Notes under the pieces: generated by a model
What the model was told of the DNA's origin: nothing
What the model saw: the letters and a program-made list of their open reading frames with translations, nothing else
The model's database searches: none
Program-made: the position numbers and the translations under genes
Shown: positions 19,550 to 28,844 of the stretch, piece by piece
Layout: each line of letters opens with the position of its first letter
Position numbering within the stretch: position 1 is the first letter of the stretch
DNA from: an uncultured Aquificales bacterium
Lineage (GTDB): Bacteria > Thermosulfidibacterota > Thermosulfidibacteria > Thermosulfidibacterales > Thermosulfidibacteraceae
Assembly: GCA_964453345.1 (NCBI GenBank)
Contig: CAYVOC010000003.1
Coordinates: 4,997 to 68,996, forward strand
Direction: 5' to 3'
DNA length: 64,000 nucleotides

Positions 19550-21705
19550 CGGTCACAAATCGTTTGAGGATTGGTTTTGCTGTTATAGCTTTCTTTGCCT
19601 TTCTTTTAGGGTATATGGGGTTTGTGGGTGTCATGCACGTTAGGCACTCTTTTATGATTACAAAGACGTTAACGAGCATTCTATACCACGTTTCCATTTC
19701 AACAAGGGGAGAGATGCTATACATCATGAGCGGTGATAGGGGATACGAAAAGGAGGTTGAGAACGCCAATATGAACCTGCTTAAGTATGTCGAAAAGGCG
19801 GAAAATGAACTAAAGAATGGCGATAACATAATGGAGATGCTGGCGCTGATTAGAAATGGACTTAGTCCCAATATAGAGGACATATTCCAGTCCGTTAGAC
19901 TTTTTGTGAAAGTGGTTTCAGATCTGAATGCAAATATTGAAAGATTAAGATCCGATAAGCTCTCCATTGAGCTGAGTAAAAGATCTACTGCTCTTGCAAA
20001 GATCCTATTTCAAAAGGGATACGTTAGAGAGGCCATGGAGATAAAATATCTCGAGAAGTCCATACTTTCGGGATACGATCTTGATATGATTAAAGATATA
20101 GAAAAGATGCTCTCTGAAGTGATGCTCTCGGTAAATGATCCGCTTCTAAGGACAAAAATAAAGGATTATCTCGATCTTGTGAACAATATATCCCCTTTGG
20201 TGTCAGGTGTGGTTAATGGAATTGCAAAGTATAATGATATTTCAAATAAACTGTATAGAAACATATGGAGCGAGATAGGGGAACAGAAGGATTACATAGA
20301 TAGAGCAATACTTTACACCATGTTTACGACAACCATTATCTTTTTGTTCCTGGTCTTTCTCCTCGGTGTCATCGGTTACACGTTAACCAGGCTTTTATCC
20401 CGCTACTTCAATATTACCATAAGGACCCTTGATAGGGTGAGGAGGGGAGATTTCAGTAAGAAACTTGTCTATTCAGCTAAGGATGGTGAGTTTGGGATTA
20501 TGGCGAAGGAGTATAACCAGATAATGGAGATGCTGAATGAGAATGTGGGATACATAATCGATATTTCAAAGGAGGTTCTGGGAAGCACGCTTGTTAAGAT
20601 GTCGGTTTCTCAGGCTATTGAAGGGAATCCCCTCACCATGGCTCGCAGGGTGGTGGAGTCTCTCGTTGAGCTGAACAGATACAAGAGTGTTATAGAAAAC
20701 GATTATACCAAGGATGAAATATACAACCATCTGTGGATCGTTCTTAATGAGAGGTTCAATGTCAGCAGGGTTATAATACTGGAGCTGAACGAGAGCAAAA
20801 ACAGGCTGGAACCGGTTTTGAAAAAGGGGCTTGGGGATGTTCCCATAGATGTTGTGGTCAATCCCAATATATGCCGGGCCAAAAGGACGGCCAGGGTGGT
20901 CAGCGCTTTGGATTTCAGAAGGATATGCGCCTATTCCGTTGAGGAGGAGGATCTCTTTTCCGTTTGTATTCCCATAATGATGGGTGGAGAGGTAAAGGGA
21001 ATTGTGAAGATCGTTGAGGAGAAAAAGAACAGGGACAGGCTTTATAGAGATCTACCCTTTATAATCAAGTATGTTGAGACCACGGCGCCTGTTGTGTATG
21101 CGGCGAAGCTTCTTGAGATAACAAGGGAGCAGAGCCTGAAGGATAGTCTTACCGGACTCTACAACAGAAGATTTCTCGATTCTTACCTTGAAAAGTATCT
21201 CAGCTTCGCCGACAGGAAGGGCTTTGTTGTTGGTTTCATAATGATAGACATAGATAACTTCAAGAAGGTGAATGATACCTACGGGCACAAGAACGGGGAT
21301 GTGGTTCTGAAGGAGGTGGCTCACGCCATTGTTTCCTCTGTGAGAGCCTCCGATGTGGTTATAAGATACGGCGGGGAGGAGTTTCTTGTGATTCTGCCGG
21401 ATGTGGCTGAGGGCAAAACCGCACAGGTTGCGGAGAAGATAAGAAGGGCGGTGGAGATGACCTCGATACAGATAGAGGGAAAGGTTCTGCATGTGACCAT
21501 AAGTTGCGGGGTCGCTGAGTATCCGAGGCATTCAAGGGATCCCTATCAGGTTATAAAATTTGCAGACATAGCTCTCTATAGAGCTAAGAAGACCGGCAAA
21601 AACAGAGTGGTGGTTTTTGATGAAAAGGAGATGGGGGATCTTCTTGCAGAGGCTTCCGGTGGAGCAACTCCTGATGAGAATATGGATAGTAACCCTCGCA
21701 GTTAA
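19546..21705 (+). CDS. Membrane diguanylate cyclase (TM, periplasmic domain, TM, HAMP, GAF-like, GGDEF)
   Basis: DSLTGLYNRRF, DIDNFKKVNDTYGH and RASD..IRYGGEEF (intact A-site and RxxD I-site); two TM helices. Confidence 0.92.
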   Translation: MTVTNRLRIGFAVIAFFAFLLGYMGFVGVMHVRHSFMITKTLTSILYHVSISTRGEMLYIMSGDRGYEKEVENANMNLLKYVEKAENELKNGDNIMEMLALIRNGLSPNIEDIFQSVRLFVKVVSDLNANIERLRSDKLSIELSKRSTALAKILFQKGYVREAMEIKYLEKSILSGYDLDMIKDIEKMLSEVMLSVNDPLLRTKIKDYLDLVNNISPLVSGVVNGIAKYNDISNKLYRNIWSEIGEQKDYIDRAILYTMFTTTIIFLFLVFLLGVIGYTLTRLLSRYFNITIRTLDRVRRGDFSKKLVYSAKDGEFGIMAKEYNQIMEMLNENVGYIIDISKEVLGSTLVKMSVSQAIEGNPLTMARRVVESLVELNRYKSVIENDYTKDEIYNHLWIVLNERFNVSRVIILELNESKNRLEPVLKKGLGDVPIDVVVNPNICRAKRTARVVSALDFRRICAYSVEEEDLFSVCIPIMMGGEVKGIVKIVEEKKNRDRLYRDLPFIIKYVETTAPVVYAAKLLEITREQSLKDSLTGLYNRRFLDSYLEKYLSFADRKGFVVGFIMIDIDNFKKVNDTYGHKNGDVVLKEVAHAIVSSVRASDVVIRYGGEEFLVILPDVAEGKTAQVAEKIRRAVEMTSIQIEGKVLHVTISCGVAEYPRHSRDPYQVIKFADIALYRAKKTGKNRVVVFDEKEMGDLLAEASGGATPDENMDSNPRS

Positions 21706-23854
21706 TTTTATATGTTTTTCATTTGCCCGTGCTTCGCTTCTTAGATTCAACGCTAAGGTTCTTGTCCCGAAAAGCCTAAAAGCAAAGGTTTTTTCTCTGC
21801 CTGAAGTGGCTCTGCCTGAAGCTGGAGTGAGACTTAAAAATATACATGTGGATCTATCCAATGGAACCAGATTGACTGTAGCTCAGGTATTAATCGATAT
21901 TAAAAGAGCCAAGGAATTTGCAAAGCTGTTCCCAGAATTGAAGAAAGATGTGGATAAGTTTCCTGTTGATAAAGGCAATGTTTTTCTGAATGGACTTGTT
22001 TTGATTCAGAATAAGAAAGAGATTAGAGCTGTTGTCAACAGAGTGTTTGTTAATAAAAGTGATTTAGGTAATTTTACCGTAAGTGATATAGTGGTTATTG
22101 CAAATAATTCAAGGTTCACCTTCACGGCTTCTTCAGTTAAATCTGACGATTTAAAGGTTAAGGATTTGCTGTTCAGCAAGATCTCCAATGGGATTAAAGT
22201 CTCCACCTCTGACCTATATGTGAGGGTTTCTTACATTATTCCTGTTGTAAAAAAGTTCTTCCCTGAGTTGTATAAAAACGCGATTGATAAGGTTAAAAAC
22301 TTTTTATCTATAAGATACGAGGATTTGAAATTTGGTGGATTTATTTCTATTAAAGGGTTGAATGCTACTGTGGATAATGAAACTGCAAATGTAACGGCCT
22401 TGGCAAGTGTTGATGCTCTTTCCCTTTCCGATAATGGCAGCAGAGAGATGTTAAGTCTCAACGCCACTGCTTTCATCAATAAAGTGGGTAAATCTGTAAA
22501 GATTGGTAGGGGTAAGTTTCAGCTGAAAGTCAGCAGGATTTCTCTTAAACCCGCTAATATTTCTTTGTCATTGGCCGATGGTAGAATAGCATCGGATAAC
22601 TTTTCGGTGATGGTGGGTGGTAACTCTACAAGATTTGTTTTTCCCGTTGTAGTTTCGGGTCTTAAGATTGACATTTCAGGTAAGGATTTTGCAGAGAAGT
22701 TTAGAGTGAAGAAGCTTTCCTTTGTTGCTTCAGGTAGCCATCCTGGCAGGATTGATGTAAAGAGCGTTGCTGCTGAAATTTTCCAAGGTAAAAGTGGCCG
22801 TATAATGCTAACCGGGGATTTTAAAGTGCCTGAAGATCCAAGAAATGTTCTGTTTGGTGAATACAACTTTGATGCGAAAGTCAATAATGTTTCTTTTAGA
22901 GATCTGCTCTTAGAAAATCTTTCTTTAGTATCCAAGGGGTGCGTTGTGAATTTCTCGTCGGCCTTGATGTTTTCTGGGAGAAAGATAGAGGCTTCGGGTG
23001 AAGTGAAGAGGGAGGTGGCTGGTAGAAGCATAGATCTGTATATCCCCGTGGTCAGGGTTTTTGGTTCTGGCCAGATCAAGAAAAAAGGTTCTTCCGGGAA
23101 GAAGGCATCAAGCAAGGGCCCTGAGGCGAAGGAAAAATTTGACTTTTCTGGTCTGAAGACAGTGGGTAATTACGTTGATAAGTTGAGAGTGAGGGTTAAC
23201 CATGTGGAAGTTCAGGGGTTGGCACCCTTGACAGGTGTGGAGGCTGTTGTTGTGTTCAGGAATGGAGGTGCGGAGTTTTCCGGCGGGGGGGACTACTGCC
23301 ACATCTCCTTTGGCTTTTCTGGTGCCGCAGAGGGGAAGTCTCATCTTCAGGTCTCCTTGGGCCTCAACGTTATCTCGGGGCCTGTGGATTCGGTTCTCTC
23401 ATGCTTTGTCAAGAGGGCGCCTGTTTATGTTAAGGGCACTCTGCATCTTGACAGTGATCTGGAAACGGAAGGAGAGTCCCCGGATGAGCTAAAAAAGAAC
23501 CTGAATTTTAAGGTTCTTATCAATATCAGAAACGGGACCATTTTGAAGTTGTCGAATATCGATAAAAGGCTAAGGTGGTTTCTTGATATTCTTGAGATGG
23601 TTAGGCTTAAGAAAGAGGGCTTGTTACACGACGCTATAGCCTTTGATAGAATGGACGCTTACTTGAGCGGTGGATTGTCTGATGCGGAGTTAAAGAGGTT
23701 TTCTCTCTTTTCCTCCAACTTGAAGATGAACATCTTTCTTACCGGAAAGCTGAGGTTCTGGCCCAAGTTTGAGAAATGCTTGAGGGGCAAAGTTAAAACC
23801 TATATACTGGAGAAAAATGTGGAGGTGTGTGATAGGTCTTACAAAAAACATTAG
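21674..23854 (+). CDS. Exported beta-rich protein with AsmA-like C-terminus
   Basis: Signal-like N-terminus ending SFARA; about 700 aa of amphipathic beta-strands; C-terminal KGTLHLDSDLETEGES.DELKKNLNFKVLINIRNG...FDRMD pattern resembles AsmA_2. Confidence 0.6.
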   Translation: MRIWIVTLAVNFICFSFARASLLRFNAKVLVPKSLKAKVFSLPEVALPEAGVRLKNIHVDLSNGTRLTVAQVLIDIKRAKEFAKLFPELKKDVDKFPVDKGNVFLNGLVLIQNKKEIRAVVNRVFVNKSDLGNFTVSDIVVIANNSRFTFTASSVKSDDLKVKDLLFSKISNGIKVSTSDLYVRVSYIIPVVKKFFPELYKNAIDKVKNFLSIRYEDLKFGGFISIKGLNATVDNETANVTALASVDALSLSDNGSREMLSLNATAFINKVGKSVKIGRGKFQLKVSRISLKPANISLSLADGRIASDNFSVMVGGNSTRFVFPVVVSGLKIDISGKDFAEKFRVKKLSFVASGSHPGRIDVKSVAAEIFQGKSGRIMLTGDFKVPEDPRNVLFGEYNFDAKVNNVSFRDLLLENLSLVSKGCVVNFSSALMFSGRKIEASGEVKREVAGRSIDLYIPVVRVFGSGQIKKKGSSGKKASSKGPEAKEKFDFSGLKTVGNYVDKLRVRVNHVEVQGLAPLTGVEAVVVFRNGGAEFSGGGDYCHISFGFSGAAEGKSHLQVSLGLNVISGPVDSVLSCFVKRAPVYVKGTLHLDSDLETEGESPDELKKNLNFKVLINIRNGTILKLSNIDKRLRWFLDILEMVRLKKEGLLHDAIAFDRMDAYLSGGLSDAELKRFSLFSSNLKMNIFLTGKLRFWPKFEKCLRGKVKTYILEKNVEVCDRSYKKH

Positions 23855-25391
23855 ATCTGCCTGCCTCATCGCTTTTGCGATGCTCTTCTTCTGCTCTTTA
23901 TCTGTTGCTCAGAACCTTCCGGTTGACGTTGAAACTGAGAGGCTTGCCAGGTGGTATATAAATTATGCGAGCTACCTCATAGATGTTGGTAAATATATGG
24001 AGGCTCTTGAGAACTACGAGACTGCCTATGAAATATCCAAGCATCCCAAAATAAAGGTAGAGGCCCTTTTAGGAAAGGCTATGTTGCTTGCCACCTTTCT
24101 TGATGCTCCGGAGGCGGCCCTGAAGACCTACCGGTTGATTGCTGAAAAATATCCCGATAAGGCTGAGCTTGCCCTCTATAGGCAGGCCTTGCTTTTGTAT
24201 CAGCTTGAGAGGTATTCCGAATCCAAAAGGGTCCTCTTGAAATATCAGAGAAGCTTTCCTTCAGGTAGATTCAGATTCCAGGTGGAAGCCCTTTTAAAGG
24301 AGATTGAAAGGGCTGTTCCTGCAAAACCCAAACCTTCCAGGCCAGAGATGGAAAGGGTTCCGGTTCCCGTTCTCAGGGTTCGCATAGGCAGACCTACCAA
24401 AAGGGTGATTTTGGGCGCAAGGCGTCTTTGCATTAAGGAAAGGGGAATTTGCAGGAAAAGATTCGAGATCTATTTGAAGGGTAGTTCCCTTTACGAGGAG
24501 ACACTGGGAGATTTGGGGAGAAAGCTCTGCTTTTCCTCTCAAACTCCAATAAAAGTGGTGTCCCAGAGGGTTAAAAAAAGACTGAGGGGAGATGTGTGTC
24601 TTTCCATATACAGGGGCAGAATACTTATCGTTAACTGGGTGGATATAGAAAGCTACCTGCTCTCTGTGGTTCCCTCCGAATCCATAGCATCCTGGCCCAT
24701 AGAGTCCCTCAAGGCGCAGGCCGTGGCGTCCAGGACCTATGCCTACTATCAGAAGCTTCACAGGAAAAACAGGGCCTATGATCTCGTGGATAACGAAGGG
24801 GATCAGGCCTATGGAGGAGTCGATAGGGAGCATCCACGGGCTACAAGGGCTGTTAGAGAGACGAAGGGACAGATCCTTGTGTATAACAAAAGGCCTATAC
24901 TTGCCATGTTTTCAGCAAACAGCGGTGGATACACTGCGGATCCCAAGGCTGTTTTTGACTTGAAGAAGCCCTATCTTGTGGCAAAGCCGGATCCGGAAAG
25001 CTTGAAGGGGAAGATGGCTAAATGGAAAAGGCGTTTCACCGTTGGGGAGGTTGAGAGAAGGTTAAACCGCATAGGCATAAAAGTTAGGGGACTTGTCAGC
25101 ATAGAGCCTGCGGTTCTTGGCCCTTCTGGAAGGGTGGTAAAGGTGAGGATTGTGGATTCAAGGGGTAGCAGAGTGTTGAGAACAAGGACCACTTTGAGAA
25201 GGGCGCTGCGTCTTCCGGATATTCTCATGAAGATTTACAAAAATGGAGATGAGTTTATATTTGTAGGTAGGGGATTTGGGCACGGAGTGGGTTATTCCCA
25301 GTGGGGATCCGCCTATATGGGCAAGAAAAAGAGTTACAGGGATATACTGAAGTTTTATTATCCCAATACCTATCTGGTAAAGCTGTGGTGA
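23829..25391 (+). CDS. TPR plus SpoIID/LytB-domain lytic transglycosylase-like protein
   Basis: ESYLLSVVPSESIASWPIESLKAQAVASRTYA, DQAYGG and GRGFGHGVGYSQWGS; N-terminal TPRs and signal peptide. Confidence 0.9.
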   Translation: MIGLTKNIRSACLIAFAMLFFCSLSVAQNLPVDVETERLARWYINYASYLIDVGKYMEALENYETAYEISKHPKIKVEALLGKAMLLATFLDAPEAALKTYRLIAEKYPDKAELALYRQALLLYQLERYSESKRVLLKYQRSFPSGRFRFQVEALLKEIERAVPAKPKPSRPEMERVPVPVLRVRIGRPTKRVILGARRLCIKERGICRKRFEIYLKGSSLYEETLGDLGRKLCFSSQTPIKVVSQRVKKRLRGDVCLSIYRGRILIVNWVDIESYLLSVVPSESIASWPIESLKAQAVASRTYAYYQKLHRKNRAYDLVDNEGDQAYGGVDREHPRATRAVRETKGQILVYNKRPILAMFSANSGGYTADPKAVFDLKKPYLVAKPDPESLKGKMAKWKRRFTVGEVERRLNRIGIKVRGLVSIEPAVLGPSGRVVKVRIVDSRGSRVLRTRTTLRRALRLPDILMKIYKNGDEFIFVGRGFGHGVGYSQWGSAYMGKKKSYRDILKFYYPNTYLVKLW

Positions 25392-27664
25392 GAAAGTTAG
25401 GCTTTATCTACACAATAGCTTTTGTATTGGTGAGCTTTGTATGTTCTTGCGTTTCCACCGGTGGTGCCGCTGCCAAGGAGAAGAAGGCCTTAAAGGGTGA
25501 AACCGGGCCTCAAAAGAGGGAAGAAAAGGGGATTGTTTATATTCCGGAGCACAAGCTTCCTAAAAAGGTTCTGGTTCTGTTTCCGGTTGCGGACAAGGGA
25601 GTAAAGGTTGATAAACAGTTTTCCTTGATGCTCAGATCGGTTTTGCAGAACTACTTAAGCAGCAAGGGGTATATTGTAAGATACGCGGACAAGCTTCCAG
25701 CTTCCCTATCCGGTGCCATTAATCCTGATGATTTTAAGGATATCTTCTCTAAGGTTCCGGATATTGACGGGTATATATCGGTTAAGGTTTTTAGCTTTTC
25801 GGGCGTTAACGCTGTCTTTGTGAAGCTGTATAGACTTGATGCTCAGATTTGTATGTATAGCAGAAAATACGGGAAGTTGGGGTGCTGGAGGGATTCTGTA
25901 AGCAGAAGGAGGATATCTATATCTACCGATCCTATAGGAATAGCTGCTCAGGTTCTGGGTAGCGTGCTTAGTGATACCTCTACTACCAAGAAGAAGACCC
26001 TCATTATGGAGTGGGCCTACAATATATCCTCTTTGATTCCGGGTTTTTCGTTTGCGGAGAAAAAACCCAAAATTTACAGAGTCATAACAAATGTGTCGGG
26101 TAAATTTTTCAAGATGGGCGACAGGATAGTTGTGGCTGCTGAAGGCGACCCGGGAATGGATGCATACTTTGATATAGGAACCTTCAAGAGAAACATAAAG
26201 ATGGTTGAGACAAGCAAGCCGGGAATATACCAGGGAGTCTATGTGGTTCAAAGGGGGGATGATGCCGTTAATCAGTATATTGTTGTTAGACTGTTGAATT
26301 CCCAAGGGGAAAAAAGCGAATGGCTTGAACTTGAGCCGCCTGTGAACATAGATGGTATTCCTCCTAAACCACCGGTTGACGTTTCTTATGCCGTTCTTCC
26401 AGAGGGGGTTAGATTAAGCTGGAGATGCGTGGATGGGACGACTGTTGCTTTTGAGATTTTCAGAAGTCTGCAGCCTCTGTCGGGCTATTCCCTCTTGGGA
26501 AAAACGGCGGATCTGAAGTTTGAGGATAGGACTGCTAAACCGGGGGTTGAGTATTACTACAGAATAGTGGCCCTCGATAGCGTTGGTAACAGGTCGGCTC
26601 CTCTGCAGGTGGGACCTGTAAGGGTTCCCGTAAGGAACGCTCTTTTGAATGGAACCGTAGTGGGTAGCCTTGTTCCTGGAACCTATCTTCTTGGTGGTAA
26701 ACTTGAAATTCCTCCCGGCAAGAGTCTGGTTGCTTCGGAGGGGGTCCACTTTAGAATCACCAACAGCACTGAGTTAAAGGTTGGTGGAACCCTTGAGTTG
26801 TATAATGCCGATTTCGATTTTGAAGGAAACGGAACTCTGATTGTTCGTGCTGAATCGGGATCCGCTTTGAAGGTTAGAAATGTGAATTTCAAAACCGCAA
26901 AAATCTTCTTAAATGGGACCGCCAACATTGAAGATGCCAGGTTTTATGATCGGGTTGTGGTTGGGAAGGATGCGGATGTTGTGATGAAGAGGGTGAAGTT
27001 CAGTTCGGAAACACCTCTTGTTGTAAACGGGGGAAGATTGAGGCTAATTGAATGTGAATTTAGAAAATGCAAGGTAGGTGTGGAGGTTGTGGAGGGAAAT
27101 GTTGTTGTTGAAAAGTCCAACTTCTTTGATGTGCATCTTTTGGTGAAAAATAGAAGGGGTAATGTTCTTGTTAAAGAAAGTTACTTGGGATCTTCCGATC
27201 CGGCGACCTTCAGGGTTGAGGGTGAGGTTAAAATTGCATCATTTCTTGATATGCCCTACCCCGATGGGAATGTTGTGAAGTATGATCCTGAAAGGCTCAA
27301 AAAGGAGGCCGAAAGCTTAGTTTCCCAGGCTGTTTCCTATGTTAAAAAGGGCAACTATGGCAATGCCCTCGAGCTTCTTAATAAAGCTTATAGGTTAGAC
27401 AAATCAAAGCAGGTGTATTACTGGTTAGCCTATGTTTACACGATGATGGGAGAGGATGATAAGCTTTCCAGGGTTATAGATGAGGCAATGGAGAGGTATC
27501 CCTATGAAGTCAACATATACCAGCTGGCTGTTAGGTATTACATTTTCAAGGGCAATTACAAACAGGCCGGGAAGATACTTGAAAGGGCCTTAAAACTTCA
27601 GCCTAACAATCCGACTCTGTTGTCTTTAAAGGCGCTGTTAGATAGTATGATGAAAAAGAGATAA
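25388..27664 (+). CDS. Multidomain lipoprotein: GNA1162/DUF799-like, Ig-like, FN3, beta-helix-like, TPR
   Basis: Lipobox-like VCSC; KKVLVLFP...SKGYIV; FN3 VRLSW...YYYRIVALDSVGNRS; C-terminal TPRs YYWLAYVY and ALKLQPNN. Confidence 0.7.
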   Translation: MRKLGFIYTIAFVLVSFVCSCVSTGGAAAKEKKALKGETGPQKREEKGIVYIPEHKLPKKVLVLFPVADKGVKVDKQFSLMLRSVLQNYLSSKGYIVRYADKLPASLSGAINPDDFKDIFSKVPDIDGYISVKVFSFSGVNAVFVKLYRLDAQICMYSRKYGKLGCWRDSVSRRRISISTDPIGIAAQVLGSVLSDTSTTKKKTLIMEWAYNISSLIPGFSFAEKKPKIYRVITNVSGKFFKMGDRIVVAAEGDPGMDAYFDIGTFKRNIKMVETSKPGIYQGVYVVQRGDDAVNQYIVVRLLNSQGEKSEWLELEPPVNIDGIPPKPPVDVSYAVLPEGVRLSWRCVDGTTVAFEIFRSLQPLSGYSLLGKTADLKFEDRTAKPGVEYYYRIVALDSVGNRSAPLQVGPVRVPVRNALLNGTVVGSLVPGTYLLGGKLEIPPGKSLVASEGVHFRITNSTELKVGGTLELYNADFDFEGNGTLIVRAESGSALKVRNVNFKTAKIFLNGTANIEDARFYDRVVVGKDADVVMKRVKFSSETPLVVNGGRLRLIECEFRKCKVGVEVVEGNVVVEKSNFFDVHLLVKNRRGNVLVKESYLGSSDPATFRVEGEVKIASFLDMPYPDGNVVKYDPERLKKEAESLVSQAVSYVKKGNYGNALELLNKAYRLDKSKQVYYWLAYVYTMMGEDDKLSRVIDEAMERYPYEVNIYQLAVRYYIFKGNYKQAGKILERALKLQPNNPTLLSLKALLDSMMKKR

Positions 27665-27686
27665 AAAACTTGAGGAGGTGTTTGTT

Positions 27687-28826
27687 ATGAGGGGAGCATT
27701 CAGAAGACTTTTGGTTGTTGAGTTGTTTATCTTTCTGTTTTCGCTTTCGGCTTTTGCTGTGACGGTTGAGGTTGTTGGACAGGGGCCAACGAGGCAGGCT
27801 GCCATAAATAACGCTCTCAGAGCTGCTATAGAGCAGGCTTTGGGGACCAGTATAGAGTCAAAGACAAGGGTCAATATGGGAAGACTCGATTACGACAGGA
27901 TAATAACCGCAAGCGCTGGATACATTAAAAACTACTCTGTCATAGCCGAGGGGAAGGACCCTGTTGAGGGCATTTATAAGGTGAAGCTCAGAGTTACCGT
28001 TGATGACTACAAGCTCAAAGAAGACTTCTTTAACGAGTTCAAGCGCAATCCCAGGGCGCAGAAGATTTTTGTAAAGAGCAGGCTTGATAGCAAAAGGGTG
28101 GTTGTTCTTTACTCCAAGCGCGCTCACAACTCCCTTCCATACAACACGATGCCGGTTAAGGAGATTATCGATAGGATAGAGGATAAGTTGGCCGGTTACG
28201 GCTTCAGGGTTTTTCTGCCGGAGCAGATTGCCAGGATAAAGACCAGGGCCACTGAACTTGCCATCGATGAGGAGACGGCTATTCAGATAGCCCGTCAGGA
28301 AGATGGAGATGTGGTGGTCCTGGTGGATGTTCAGGCCGGTAAGAGAAGAACCCCCGATGGCTTTTACATCATATACGCTACCGTTTCCCTTAAAGCCTTT
28401 GATGTTACAACGGGGGAGTTGTTTGCCAATGTTATAAAGAGGGGCAAAACCATAGCAAGGGGAGGATCCTACGGCCTTGAAGAGGGAGCTGCAAGAGCCG
28501 TGGCCAAGGTCGCTCCCAAGGCGGTTGATCAGCTTGTCAAGAAGATCGTTGCAAGGTTGAGCACCAGCCACGAGAAGTTCATTGTGTTTATCTTCAGGGA
28601 TGTTGATATGGATACGCAGCTCAAACTGCAGGATCTTTTTGCCAATCAGCTTGGCTGGGACTTCAGGGTTGCAAGGCAATATGGAACCTACCTTGAGGTT
28701 GAAGTCTTTTCCGAAAATGATCCCACATCTGCCAATCTGCAGTTTTACAGGGCCGCTAAGCAGGCGGGAATTCTGTTGAACCTTGTGGAGATGAAGGGAT
28801 CGAGGATTGTTTATTCTGGAGAATAA
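27687..28826 (+). CDS. Exported protein with a FlgT-N/LPP20-like domain and a CsgG/FlgT-M-like domain
   Basis: Signal ending AFA; VEVVGQG.TRQAAINNALRAAIEQALG...AGYIKNYSVI...YKVKLRVTV; second domain ends SLKAFDVTTGELFA. Confidence 0.7.
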   Translation: MRGAFRRLLVVELFIFLFSLSAFAVTVEVVGQGPTRQAAINNALRAAIEQALGTSIESKTRVNMGRLDYDRIITASAGYIKNYSVIAEGKDPVEGIYKVKLRVTVDDYKLKEDFFNEFKRNPRAQKIFVKSRLDSKRVVVLYSKRAHNSLPYNTMPVKEIIDRIEDKLAGYGFRVFLPEQIARIKTRATELAIDEETAIQIARQEDGDVVVLVDVQAGKRRTPDGFYIIYATVSLKAFDVTTGELFANVIKRGKTIARGGSYGLEEGAARAVAKVAPKAVDQLVKKIVARLSTSHEKFIVFIFRDVDMDTQLKLQDLFANQLGWDFRVARQYGTYLEVEVFSENDPTSANLQFYRAAKQAGILLNLVEMKGSRIVYSGE

Positions 28827-28844
28827 TACATGTGGAGGGGAAAG

